DNA of 64,000 nucleotides from Saccostrea echinata. Its lineage: Eukaryota. Made by a program: the position numbers and the translations under genes. Below, one piece after another: positions 45,420 to 56,204 of the stretch (the first letter of the stretch is position 1; each line of letters starts with the position of its first letter). Where the stretch lies: assembly GCF_033153115.1 (NCBI RefSeq), contig NW_026889752.1, forward strand, positions 4,154,001 to 4,218,000, read 5' to 3'. The notes under the pieces were generated by a model. The model was not told the origin of the DNA. It made no database searches and saw only the letters and a list, made by a program, of their open reading frames with translations.

Positions 45420-48400
45420 CTACACCTCCAAAAGGGTGACAAGTTCTGATATAGGTCTCACATAAGTAGAGCGTGTACCATCCTTCACAACACATATCTC
45501 AACTTTTCGGATGCGGCCATCATCACTTGGAAATGTCTTTTGTACAATGCCCATAGGCCAGTCATTTCGCGCACTTCCGCTGTCTTTCATCAAGATGACA
45601 TCACCAGTCTTCAAGTTTGAACGTGCTTCTTTCCACTTATGACGCACTTGAAGGGTATGTATATATTCTGTTCTCCACCTCTTCCAAAATTCATCTGCTA
45701 ATAACTGCACTTGCTTCCAATGCGCACGTATATCCTTTGGTCCAAACTCTGGGAAGGGGTGAATATTGCATGTGGTCTTCATTGTTAGCAAGGTAGAGGG
45801 TGTGAGCAAACATGGAGACTCTGGATCTGTTGACACGGGTAATAAAGGTCTATTGTTTACAATAGCTGTAACTTCTGCCATGAAAGTTACCAAGACATCG
45901 TGGGTTAGTTCGACTCGATTCTGTAGTAACATAGAGTCAAGTATTCTGCGGGACACTCCTATCAAACGTTCCCATGCTCCCCCCATGTGAGAGGCATGGG
46001 GTGGGTTAAATACCCAAGAAGTTCTTGAATTAGAGAGAAACGTCCCAACTGGTCCTTTTTCCACAAACTCAGCATTGATGGACAGGTCCTGTGTTGCCCC
46101 AATGAAATTGGTTCCCCGGTCTGACCTAAACTGTATCACTGGACCTCTAATGGCAACGAATCGCCTCAATGCATTAATAAATGCTGCGCTTGATAACTCT
46201 TCGATGACTTCGATATGTACCGCTCGGGTCACCATACAAGTAAATAACAAGGCCCAACGTTTTTGATTGGCTGAACTTCCCCTGGTCCTCCTGTGAACAA
46301 TTGCCCAGGGTCCAAATGTATCCACACCAACGTATGAGAATGGAGGACTAGGTGTCACTCTGTCTTCTGGTAAGCATGCCATCTGTTGCCATCCAAGTTT
46401 TCCTCTAAGCTTGCGGCATATAACACACTTGTTGATTTCAGATGAAATCATGCGCTTGGATCCCACTATCCAAAATCCAGCAGCTCGCACCGCTCCATCA
46501 GTGAAGTGTCGACCCTGATGTGAAACTTTGCAATGAAAATGGTGAATAAGAAGCTTGGCCAGGTGGTGGTTTTTAGGGATGATTATCGGATGTTTGGATA
46601 AGTCGTCAACAATGCTTTTGCCCTTTAACCTCCCGCCAACACGTAAGAGACCATCTGGACCTAGCACTGGAGACAAGGATAAGATTGAGCTTCTGTTCAG
46701 TGATCTTCCTTCTCTAATGACTTGAATCTCTGGGCCAAAGGCTTCCTTCTGAACTGTCTGAATAATGAAGTGTTCTGTTTCTGAGATGATATCTGTGTCG
46801 TAAAGTTTCCCACCTGTATTGGAAGTCTTGACACCCTTGTACTTCCTGATGAAGGTCTTTAAATAAGCTATTGCTCGCACAAGTTTTCTCCAGTCTGAAA
46901 ACCTTGTAAAATTGGAAACTCCAAGCATGGACTTCCTGTCTTGCAACTCCTCTGTTTTGAAGCACCTTACTTCTGGTTGCAACTCTTTATCTATCTCTGG
47001 GTTGATGAGAGGGTAATGGTCTAGAGCAGATGTGGAATGAGATTCTGCTGAAAGGTCTGGTCCTTTGATCCACATGCTGTCTGCTAATTGAGATGCTTTC
47101 ACACTTCTTGTAGCAACATCTGCTGGGTTGAGTTCAGATGCTATGTAATTCCACTGCGAGGGCTGACTTGACATTCTGATGCGACTCACTCGATTCCCTA
47201 CATAAATGTAGAACCTTCTATTCTCATTTGTTATGTACCCAAGTACCACTTGACTGTCGGAATAGAAAGAAAAATGTTCTCTGTCTATCTTCAACTGTTC
47301 ATGGATGACATCTGCCAACTGAACTGCCAAAACCGCAGCACATAATTCGAGTCTAGGCACTGTATGCCCACTAAATGGCGCAACCTTTGCTTTTCCCAAG
47401 AGAAAACTTGTTGTGCAGGAATCTGGACACATGCCATGCAACTTCAAGAATGCCACGGCTGCGATGGCTTCTTTAGATGCATCTGCAAAGATATGCACCT
47501 CTCTCTTCTGGGCGCCCTCAAATGACTGGGAACTGTACTGTCTGGGAATCTGGAACTCTTCTAACTCTGGCAACGATCGTACCCAGGATTTCCATTCCTT
47601 GTAGAGAGAGTCAGGTAAGGGATCATCCCAGTCCAATTTTGATGAAGAGGAGACCATGTTTCTCAGCAGTATTTTGCCCCTGATTATAACTGGTTGAGCA
47701 AAACCTATCGGATCGTAGATACTATTGATGATGGATAATGCTCCACGCTTGGTAAAAGGTTTCTGCTCATCTGACACCTTAAACAAGAAGACGTCTGAGT
47801 CTGTATCCCATAAAAGTCCTAAACTTCTCTGTAGTGGTAGTGACGCTGCACCGAGGTCAAGGTCTTTCAGGTTCTTGGCGAGGTCACTTGATGGAAATGA
47901 ATCGAGAAGTGTTCTGCTATTCGATGCGAATTTGTGAAGTCTTAACTTCCCTCCTTCATTAAGCGCCCCCTTTGTCCTATGTACAAGGCTTATGGCTTCT
48001 TCCTCACTGAAACATGACAATAGACCATCGTCAACATAAAAATTATTGTTTATGAGATCTTTGACGTCTTCACTGGATGATTCTACTGATTTTCTCAGAC
48101 CATAAGTGGCGACGGAGGGTGAGGGGCTATTCCCAAAGACGTGCACTGTCATACGGAAGGTGGTAAGTGGGCGGTTGAAATCATTATCCTCGTGCCACAA
48201 AAATCTCAAAAAGTCTCTGTGTTCAGGGCTCACTTTGAAGTTATAGAACATTTGTTCCACATCCATTGTTACTGCTACTGCTTCCTTTCTGAAGCGCATC
48301 AAGATTCCTAGCAAGCTATTGCTAAGGTCGGGTCCTTTGAGCAGCACATCATTTAGAGATACATCACAGAATTTGGCAGATGAATCAAAAACCATTCTTA

Positions 48401-51362
48401 TGCTGTCTGGCTTTTTGGTATGGTATACTCCAAAGAGCGGAAGATACCAGCATTCGTTTCCTTCATCCAAATCTGGGGCCTTTTCTGCATGGTTATTATC
48501 AAATAACTTCTGCATAAAGTCAATCACATGCTCGCGTTTTTGTCCATTGTGCTTCAAACTTGCATCAAAGGATCTGGCACGCCGTTCAGCTGCTTCCTTG
48601 TTGTTTGGCAAGGTTCTCCTGGTAGATCGAAAAGGGAGTGGAGCCATCCAATGACCTTGATCTGTCTTCTGTATTCCAGAACCTATAATATTGAGAAAGT
48701 CTTTATCCTCAACTGATAATCCTGGCTTCTCATCCTGATCCGTTCTTCTAAAAATTGAGTCAAAGTCAATCTTAATCTCACTATCACACGGAATCATCAT
48801 GGTGGGACGTCCATTACTTAGAATGGTGGTTTTGTTGACGTTGACAATGTCTGGGCTATGTACCGTTCCGAGGCAGACATTTCCGATGATAACCCATCCA
48901 AGTGGCAGTTGTTGTCCATAAGGTAAGTTATCCTTCCCGATTCTGTGGTCTAACACATGATGTGCCATAATGAGGTCACGACCGATCAGTAACTCAATGT
49001 CTATACATTTGTCTAAAGGTGGTATGAGATGTGCAATGTCGTTCAGGTGGGGAAAAGATTGTGCCACTCCAGGTGATGGGATTTCTTCTCTATTGTTCGG
49101 GATATCATTGCACTCTATCAAATCAGGCAGCTGCAAAGTACATGTTCCATCAATAGATTCCACCATGTATCCCGAGGCTCTGCGTCCAGCTGTATTGAAT
49201 TTACCAGCACAAGATGATAGGACATATTCTATTTCACTTCCACATTCTCCAAAGGCATTGAAGAACTGTGAGACTGCAAGGGATCGATTACTTTGTTCGT
49301 CTATCATACAATAGAGTTCTCTAGACAAGTTCTTTCTTCCTTGGGGGTACACTCTCACTAAAATTATCTTGGCACATGATTTTGATGTATTTCCTCGAGT
49401 GTTACATATTTTTGTACACTTGTTCGTTACACTCACTTCTTGAATGAATTTCTCCCCCTCGTGATCTTTCACAGAAGACCTTCGTAAGTCTGGATGAAGT
49501 GCTGATGGGTGCTTGGAAGAGTTACAAACATCACACTTTACAGTCATTTTACAGTTTGATTGGAAATGTTTCTTTGGTCCGCAGCACTTGAAACAGAAGC
49601 CATTTTCTCTGATGAAATCTTTCCTTTCTTGTAGTGGCCTTATGCGAAATTGCCTACACGCATTGAGTGTATGGTTGGTTCCATGCACTGGACAGCTTTC
49701 TGTGGTCACATCTGTTTTCCTTGAGGACACTTGCGTCTTGATATAACTTGTTCTTCTGACATGTTTACATCCATCACTCTGCTGCGCACTTTCAGTAGTT
49801 TCATATATGAAACTAGGGTCATTGCGTATCTTTGCGATATTATTAACAAATGCGGAAAAGACAGAAAATGGCGGATAGATCACACTATTTTTCTGTTTAT
49901 ACTTGTTAGCTTCATTTGTCCACTTCTCCTGAATGCTTGGAGGTAATTTTCTGACAATCGGGTTTATGCCACCTGAGGAGTCATAATATGAGAAGAGTTT
50001 TGCATACTTTTCATTCTGCATGATTGACTCAATCTCCATCAGAATGTCTGCGAGTTCAAAAAGCTCACTTCTGTTTGAGTTCTTTAAGGTAGGAAAAGCT
50101 GCGACTCTGTTCTTCAGTGATGATTCAATGCTCTCTGGACTCCCAAATTTTGAATCCAATCTTTCCCATATCAGACGCAATGCTCTGGAGGGGTCATGGG
50201 GATTTGCTGAACGGATGTTGAGAGCCTGCTGCTTAGACTTCATTCCAAGGTTCTGGATCAAGAGGTCAAGTTTTTCCATAACAGAAGCACCCAGTTCATT
50301 TGTCACATTTTCAAATGTTGATTTCCAGACGAGGTAATGTCCTGGGACATCATCAAATGCAGTTAGTCTTGTTGGTATAAGTTGCTTTTTGGCCAACAAC
50401 TTAGCAAGTTCATTTGTTTCACTTATAACATTTTTCTCCGGTTGAACGACAACAAACTCTGGAGCAGTTGGGTTCAGAGGTTTCTGCGGTTTTTCTTCTG
50501 GTGTCTGTGAAATACATTGAACTTGATCTGAGCACTCACTGTTGTAGTTGTTTACAGGTTCTCTTGGTCTTTCTGAAGATTCACTAAGATTAGTGTGTTC
50601 ACTTGTGTTAGTGTTAGGAAGTTCTCTTGGTTTTTCTGTATATTCACAATGATCCTGATATTTGGACGGTTCAACTGTGTAAGTATTGTCTGTTTGATAT
50701 GGATCATCTTCACCTAGGTCATTTTCACAGGGTGGTATGTAGCTTTCTCCAAGAGAGTCGTATTCAAGACATTTCTTTATTGCCGTCAAACTTGACTGGG
50801 CTGCCTCAAACTCTTTCTTGACCGTGAGTAGACGCTGGGCTGCCTTAATCTCTGCTTCTTTTCTCATCAAATCCGCTTCTTCTTTAGCGTATTTCAGTTT
50901 CATTCGTGCTTCCTCAACCTTCGCTGTATGTTGTAGCACTACAGATGTGAGACGTGAGGATGAGGACCCTTGACTGTATGCTGACTTCTGCGATCTTGTG
51001 TTAGGTAGTATGGAGTTTAACTGTTTCAACACTGATGTCACTTTTTCTTGTAATGCAGTTGCGATGAGGGACCTGGAGGCTTCCTCTCTCGTACTGGCTT
51101 CGTGGCGTTGACTTCGTAAATATGCTACATATTCCGCAGAGGCCTTTTCATATTGCAACATGTATTTATTCAATGAAGTTTTGCAAGTCTTTGCACGCTC
51201 GAGATTCATGACTGGGTTTTCTTCCATATCCATGAGGATGGAATCAATGTCTCTCTTGATGTTTCCTAACTTGAATACGTGCCTGTTAACTTTTTCCTCG
51301 AACTGTTCCATGGCAGCTAAGGTAATGTTGCGGGATTTCCTTAATGCCAGAGCATCTACCAT
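45420..51362 (-). CDS. BEL/Pao Gag-Pol polyprotein (1980 aa from the first ATG outside the LTR)
   Basis: Triple Gag Zn knuckles (CPVH..H..C, CFKC..H..C, CDVC..H..H), protease-like IDEQSNRS, RT YVDD, RNase H IFADAS and integrase H..H..CVIC with VDTFGP, SDRGTNF and GGAWER. Domain order is PR-RT-RH-IN. Confidence 0.96.
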   Translation of the reverse strand: MVDALALRKSRNITLAAMEQFEEKVNRHVFKLGNIKRDIDSILMDMEENPVMNLERAKTCKTSLNKYMLQYEKASAEYVAYLRSQRHEASTREEASRSLIATALQEKVTSVLKQLNSILPNTRSQKSAYSQGSSSSRLTSVVLQHTAKVEEARMKLKYAKEEADLMRKEAEIKAAQRLLTVKKEFEAAQSSLTAIKKCLEYDSLGESYIPPCENDLGEDDPYQTDNTYTVEPSKYQDHCEYTEKPRELPNTNTSEHTNLSESSERPREPVNNYNSECSDQVQCISQTPEEKPQKPLNPTAPEFVVVQPEKNVISETNELAKLLAKKQLIPTRLTAFDDVPGHYLVWKSTFENVTNELGASVMEKLDLLIQNLGMKSKQQALNIRSANPHDPSRALRLIWERLDSKFGSPESIESSLKNRVAAFPTLKNSNRSELFELADILMEIESIMQNEKYAKLFSYYDSSGGINPIVRKLPPSIQEKWTNEANKYKQKNSVIYPPFSVFSAFVNNIAKIRNDPSFIYETTESAQQSDGCKHVRRTSYIKTQVSSRKTDVTTESCPVHGTNHTLNACRQFRIRPLQERKDFIRENGFCFKCCGPKKHFQSNCKMTVKCDVCNSSKHPSALHPDLRRSSVKDHEGEKFIQEVSVTNKCTKICNTRGNTSKSCAKIILVRVYPQGRKNLSRELYCMIDEQSNRSLAVSQFFNAFGECGSEIEYVLSSCAGKFNTAGRRASGYMVESIDGTCTLQLPDLIECNDIPNNREEIPSPGVAQSFPHLNDIAHLIPPLDKCIDIELLIGRDLIMAHHVLDHRIGKDNLPYGQQLPLGWVIIGNVCLGTVHSPDIVNVNKTTILSNGRPTMMIPCDSEIKIDFDSIFRRTDQDEKPGLSVEDKDFLNIIGSGIQKTDQGHWMAPLPFRSTRRTLPNNKEAAERRARSFDASLKHNGQKREHVIDFMQKLFDNNHAEKAPDLDEGNECWYLPLFGVYHTKKPDSIRMVFDSSAKFCDVSLNDVLLKGPDLSNSLLGILMRFRKEAVAVTMDVEQMFYNFKVSPEHRDFLRFLWHEDNDFNRPLTTFRMTVHVFGNSPSPSVATYGLRKSVESSSEDVKDLINNNFYVDDGLLSCFSEEEAISLVHRTKGALNEGGKLRLHKFASNSRTLLDSFPSSDLAKNLKDLDLGAASLPLQRSLGLLWDTDSDVFLFKVSDEQKPFTKRGALSIINSIYDPIGFAQPVIIRGKILLRNMVSSSSKLDWDDPLPDSLYKEWKSWVRSLPELEEFQIPRQYSSQSFEGAQKREVHIFADASKEAIAAVAFLKLHGMCPDSCTTSFLLGKAKVAPFSGHTVPRLELCAAVLAVQLADVIHEQLKIDREHFSFYSDSQVVLGYITNENRRFYIYVGNRVSRIRMSSQPSQWNYIASELNPADVATRSVKASQLADSMWIKGPDLSAESHSTSALDHYPLINPEIDKELQPEVRCFKTEELQDRKSMLGVSNFTRFSDWRKLVRAIAYLKTFIRKYKGVKTSNTGGKLYDTDIISETEHFIIQTVQKEAFGPEIQVIREGRSLNRSSILSLSPVLGPDGLLRVGGRLKGKSIVDDLSKHPIIIPKNHHLAKLLIHHFHCKVSHQGRHFTDGAVRAAGFWIVGSKRMISSEINKCVICRKLRGKLGWQQMACLPEDRVTPSPPFSYVGVDTFGPWAIVHRRTRGSSANQKRWALLFTCMVTRAVHIEVIEELSSAAFINALRRFVAIRGPVIQFRSDRGTNFIGATQDLSINAEFVEKGPVGTFLSNSRTSWVFNPPHASHMGGAWERLIGVSRRILDSMLLQNRVELTHDVLVTFMAEVTAIVNNRPLLPVSTDPESPCLLTPSTLLTMKTTCNIHPFPEFGPKDIRAHWKQVQLLADEFWKRWRTEYIHTLQVRHKWKEARSNLKTGDVILMKDSGSARNDWPMGIVQKTFPSDDGRIRKVEICVVKDGTRSTYVRPISELVTLLEV

Positions 51363-51398
51363 GATGGTGAGTCTGTGTCCAAGCAATGGTTTTTTTAC

Positions 51399-51898
51399 TG
51401 TGAAGTTATGCTTTATTCGCAGACCTCTCGGAAGAGGGTAAAAAACTACAAACAAATAACACACATTTAGACACAATCAATGCATAAGTTTCACAATAAA
51501 TTGTACTGACAATAAGACTTGTTATTACCTGAAGTTATCAATTATTAACATGCTTTATGAAGAGAAAATGACACAATACAGTGTACCGATATGATATGAA
51601 TATATATAAAATGACCTAAATTGTCCGCCATATTAAGTGAACCAGTTACAAAAAATAGCAGATAAAAATGTAGAATTATGCAAAACATACATAATGTTCA
51701 CCAATGACATTTGGCGTATACGATATTTAAACGTTTATAAATCAATTTATGATTACAAATTAAATAAAGCAACAAAACTTACACCATGAGAGGACAAGAC
51801 AAGCAAAATATCTGTAAACACATGTATTGTTGACTTGGGCGGAAACAAACACTTAAAAATAAAATCAAAACCGGGGACGGATAATTCCGGACACTACA
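51399..51898 (-). repeat. 5' LTR of the BEL/Pao element
   Basis: Direct repeat of 44776-45275, with AATAAA 13 nt from the LTR 3' end. Confidence 0.97.
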
Positions 51899-52282
51899 AT
51901 TGATAAGCATAAATTAAAGAAACCAATACGTACAGATGGAATATATAGAATAATTTAACACACTTGTTGATTTGATTATTTTATTAACAGTAATTCAGCA
52001 GACTAGTATGGACATTCATTTTCTTCATTACCCCTTCACAGTCCGTATAGTTGTATAGCTGTAACAAAAAATAAGTACGAGTTATTCATGTAAATTTAGT
52101 TTTTCATATAGGAATTCTAACTCAAATGTACATGTATAAGCAATGAACTAAATTCAGTAAAGCCCACAAAAAACATAAAGTTTAACATGTGTTTTAGATA
52201 AAGTTTTCAGTCCGTGTTTATAAAATTTAAGCTATGTTTTATATTACTTGTTCATTCCGTGTTTATAAAGTTTTACCTCCTT

Positions 52283-52435
52283 TTAGCGGCACCACTCCAA
52301 ACACTCCTCCGTGTTCCTGCGACAGCAGTACCAGTCGCCATGATCTTGTAATTGCAGCTCTTCTCCGATTGGTGTTCCCAATATGCTGACAACAGCCAAT
52401 AGAACGAGGAGAATAAGGATCTTTTGCAACTCCAT
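52283..52435 (-). CDS. Small secreted cysteine-rich peptide precursor C, 50 aa: MELQKILILLVLLAVVSILGTPIGEELQLQDHGDWYCCRRNTEECLEWCR*
   Basis: Strong signal peptide, acidic spacer and CC-x6-C-x3-C core homologous to peptide B. Acceptor TTTTCTTTTCCAG|ATG, donor GAG|GTAAAA 6 nt after the stop (52276), and a last exon from 52058 with AATAAA at 51980-51985. Confidence 0.88.
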   Translation of the reverse strand: MELQKILILLVLLAVVSILGTPIGEELQLQDHGDWYCCRRNTEECLEWCR

Positions 52436-52782
52436 CTGGAAAAGAAAAACGCTTGGATCGGTATTGCTAACTAGAATTACTTCTCTACGACAGCAAAACC
52501 GATCTGTACTTTTCTTCCATTTCAAGGTTAAACTTCAGGAGTGTACAAGTATATCACTTTGAATTTGTTTCGCTGCACTGCAGGAGTTAGGATTTTAAAT
52601 TGCAATCACAACGGTATATTTGGAACAAGGCATTTTATCGACAATATTTTTACTGAATATTTCTTAAAGCTAAAATAATGGAACTGTTTTTTTCTGACAT
52701 GGTATTTTGTAGAGTAAAAAAAAATCTGCAGTATGACTAATTATATAGTTAGTTGGATTATCCCAACAAAAATAGTACTTTA

Positions 52783-52973
52783 CTGTAGATCACTAAAATT
52801 TCGCGACACCTTTTTTCGCGAGATATTTTATGTCTCTTTATTAGCGAGACAAAATTTTCACGAATTGTGGTTATTGCTCTTTATAATCATAAGGATTACT
52901 ATTATACGCGAGGATAAAAATTTTGCAAGCACACTGTCTCGCGAAATTATGCGAAAATAAAGATGATTTACAG
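52783..52973. mobile_element. MITE (TA|CTGTA...TACAG|TA) in the predicted first intron of peptide C
   Basis: Inverted termini, TA flanks and internal TTTCGCGA repeats. Confidence 0.65.
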
Positions 52974-53593
52974 TACATGTAGTTAATAATAGTTTACTAA
53001 CAATAGTTAACTATTTTATCAAAGTTTTTACTATAGTAAATCAAAGAATATGTACTTTTACTATAAATGTCAATTTTGTTATATTTCATTTTCTCCACCT
53101 CTTACATGCAATTTTCTGATATAAGTAAGAAATATTTCTTGCATATTCATTTAACATATTATTTCGAAACATTACATCATTGTAATAAGAGAGGGATCAT
53201 GGTGTTAAATCTCAAATAAAAAAAAAAAAAATTAAGTTTCATGGTCAATAAAAGATTTAACAATATAGCTAACTATAGTTAACTATATTTAACTTTTGTT
53301 TAGGCACTTCTTTCCCTGGTTAATGCACTTAAAAGTACGTACTAGAATTTTTTTCAAAAATATTCACTGTATATATGAAACCATACAGTAGGCGTTAAAA
53401 ACAAGCAGGTGTTCATAATCGGCATCAAATATAATTAACCTTCAAAAGCATTTTATTGTAAACAAAGTGAATAGATGACTCAGATTAAAGTATAAATTTA
53501 GGTACATTGACCCTCTGATAAGAGAGATAACTCTGATTAAGGTATTAATTCAAGGTATATTGATCCTCTGACACGAGAGATAAATCCGATTAA

Positions 53594-54268
53594 GGATATC
53601 CGATCCTCAGCCAGGAAGGATAACTCTTAAATTTATTATTTGGTTTAAAAAGTAAAAATGAAGCTTGAAATTGATATCTTTTTGTGCAACAGTTTTCATT
53701 TTATGTATCTTAATATGATTCAAAGTTCTTTGAAGTCTTAGAAACGGTTTTGTAAAAAGTTGACATTTGTACCGCATAAAACAAAAAAAAAAAATGAATT
53801 CATTTTCAGAGATATTGATTTCCTGTAGTCTAGCATTAGATACCTCAGCTTATTAGCATGATATGAAATTAGATGTGATATGTGATGCCTAGCTTTTAGT
53901 AGCAATGATAGCACAAGCTTTTTACACTGTGTATTATATGACAATTGAAGTAAAAAGAAGAACTAAAATACTGTATAAGCTTTAAAAAGATGTAATTTTC
54001 TCCAATAGATACCTAAATCTTTCTATCCTAAATTATATTTTTTGATCTATTTTCAATTAGAAAATGCATAGCTGGTGTTTTTATTCGCATTTCCTGAAAA
54101 TATATTTGAGATTTGATAACTTTCCCTGTATAATATGATTATCTATAATGATGAACTTTGAAGAAATTCCATGGGTAAATTCACGTTACTATGTGAAATC
54201 AGAGTCACTTTTGTAAACATTTTCAATTACTTAAAAGCTGATTTTCAGAACCTGAGGATCGGAGTACC
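53594..54268. mobile_element. Non-autonomous DNA transposon with TTAA TSD (Kolobok-like)
   Basis: TTAA|GGATATCCGATCCTCAG ... CTGAGGATCGGAGTACC|TTAA, inserted within a ~53-bp tandem repeat (CCTCTGATAAGAGAGATAACTCT at ~53512, ~53565, ~54296). Confidence 0.7.
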
Positions 54269-54595
54269 TTAATGTATAAATTAAGGTACATTGGCCCTCT
54301 AATAAGAGAGATAACTCTAACTGGGATCTATGACTTTTATTCCCTTAAAATTTTTGAAGCTAAAGAGGTGATTTCTTCAAATTTTGTATTGCAAGGAATG
54401 CTGAATTCGTTTGCATTTCAATTATACTAAGCATATATACTTTAGATTTCTTTTTGGAAAATTATTAACATTAAATCAGCATTTTATGTCCGTGATCAAA
54501 TGATGATGAACATAATTTAAGAAGCTAGACTGTACAAAATTATAGATCATATTGAAATTAGCTGAATAAATACAAAATTAAAAATTTGCACATAC

Positions 54596-54652
54596 CATAA
54601 TTTCTATCCTTCTTGTTGTTTGCGCTGATAATCAAAATCTTCTCTTTATATA
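54596..54652 (-). promoter_or_regulatory. Candidate core promoter and short first exon of peptide C
   Basis: TATATAAA at 54645-54652, Inr-like TCAG ~26 nt downstream, then an exon ending ATG|GTATG at 54596 that would splice in frame to the ATG at 52435. Confidence 0.5.
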
Positions 54653-56204
54653 CTTTCTAAAAGTCATTATTTTCTATGACACAAATCAAATAAACTGCGC
54701 AACAAAATTGTTTGAGTAAACAATCTACTTTAGTCAATCCTTAACCATAGTTATTATGGTTAAACATGTCAAACAGTATATGAGACTGCAAGTCAAACGG
54801 CCTACTATTATGCTATATTCTGTACAATCATTGTTTACATCACAGTGAACTGTTTAAGAATCCCCAGCCAATTAAGGTGCTTTTCATTTTTTTCTTTTCA
54901 AGAGCCTTCCAAGAGTAGTTCACTTGATTTGATGTGGTGACGTAAACGCTATCTTTATAGCTATAAGTATGGCATGTCACACGATAAAATATTTGATCTT
55001 TCCCATTAACGTATATTTTAACTGTCCGGTACAATTTGTATTACAAGTAAATATTCTTTGTTAGTACTTTTAGTATTTGATTCTATAATTCTATAATTTC
55101 ATTTATGCTCTACTTGTTATGCATAATTTTTAATAGTGCTGTACAATTTCAATAATTTTAAACTTGTAGTATAAATCCTCTTCCTGTATAATTTTCATCC
55201 CAACGAATTAACAAACAAGATTTAAATGACTCCCCAATACTTATAGAACACTTGTGAAGACACATTTTTGCATTTCTTAGATCTGTTCTGGAATATTTAG
55301 GTATCGTGTTTGGTTTATTATGTGTATCAGCGAGCAAACAAGACGGGGCATTCAGTTGGTTAGCAAAAGATCATATAGTGTTTTCCCTTTAAACATTTAA
55401 AAAAATCAGTATTGGGTTCGTATTTCACATAATGCAGGAGTGTATACATAGGTATGATAAGCACATCCATATGAAATTGTATATTGATTGTTTTATTTTA
55501 TTGACAGACTGGTAATTAAGCATATGCATAATCACCGTGCATATGGGGGTACGGAATAGTGACCTTTAGGGGTGCGGATTTCGAAGCGTAATTTGCTACG
55601 AAAATTGACCTAATTAGCTTTTCTACAGCGATTGAGATGGAATTAGTTCTATGTTAATGTACCACGGAACACAGTGATTTCTCCGCGTATTGATACCAGT
55701 ATCCCTCTTCACAATTCGAGCTAGAAGTACATGAACACTTCAACATTTTCTGGCTATGACACGCAGGGTTGCAGATTTGATCGGTTCTTGGTGAAAATTC
55801 TTGCTTAATTTATCATTCTACATCATTTGAGTTGTATGAGGGGTTTCTTTGCATAATTTTACAGAAGATATTCTAATAATATCTGGACTTTCACCCCAAA
55901 TAAAAGGTGGAAACTTCAATATTAGTGTGTGCCACCCGGGGGTAAACTTATAGAGGAGCTGGGGGAAAGGAATCATTTTTCATTGAAGGTAAATAAATTC
56001 GACCTTGTCTGTAGGTGTCTGCATATATATGTATGTATATAATTATGTATATGTACATATATATGTATGTATGTTTGAATGTATATGTTTAAGAAATAAA
56101 TTCAAATGAGACTGATACTAGTTACTCACACAAGTCAAGATGAAACACTTGTTAATCCTTTGGGGGTTTTTTTTGGGGTGCTAGTGAATTTGACTACGAA
56201 AAGT

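Larger units (their letters stand above)
44776..51898 (-). mobile_element. Complete BEL/Pao LTR retrotransposon (7123 bp)
   Basis: 500-bp TG..CA LTRs at 44776-45275 and 51399-51898, identical by eye. 5-bp TSD ATTGA (44771-44775 and 51899-51903), PPT AGAGGGGGAG next to the 3' LTR and a single intact gag-pol ORF. Confidence 0.98.

Noticed and set aside
45766-51441. Many short ORFs overlapping gag-pol
   Set aside because: Antisense or alternate-frame shadows with no recognisable motifs.
51363-51476. N-terminal 38 aa of the 2018-aa ORF
   Set aside because: Begins at a non-ATG codon inside the 5' LTR. The first ATG is at 51362.
52436-52525. N-terminal extension of the 80-aa ORF 52283-52525
   Set aside because: Non-ATG start. 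It lies upstream of a clear polypyrimidine-CAG acceptor, so it is intronic.
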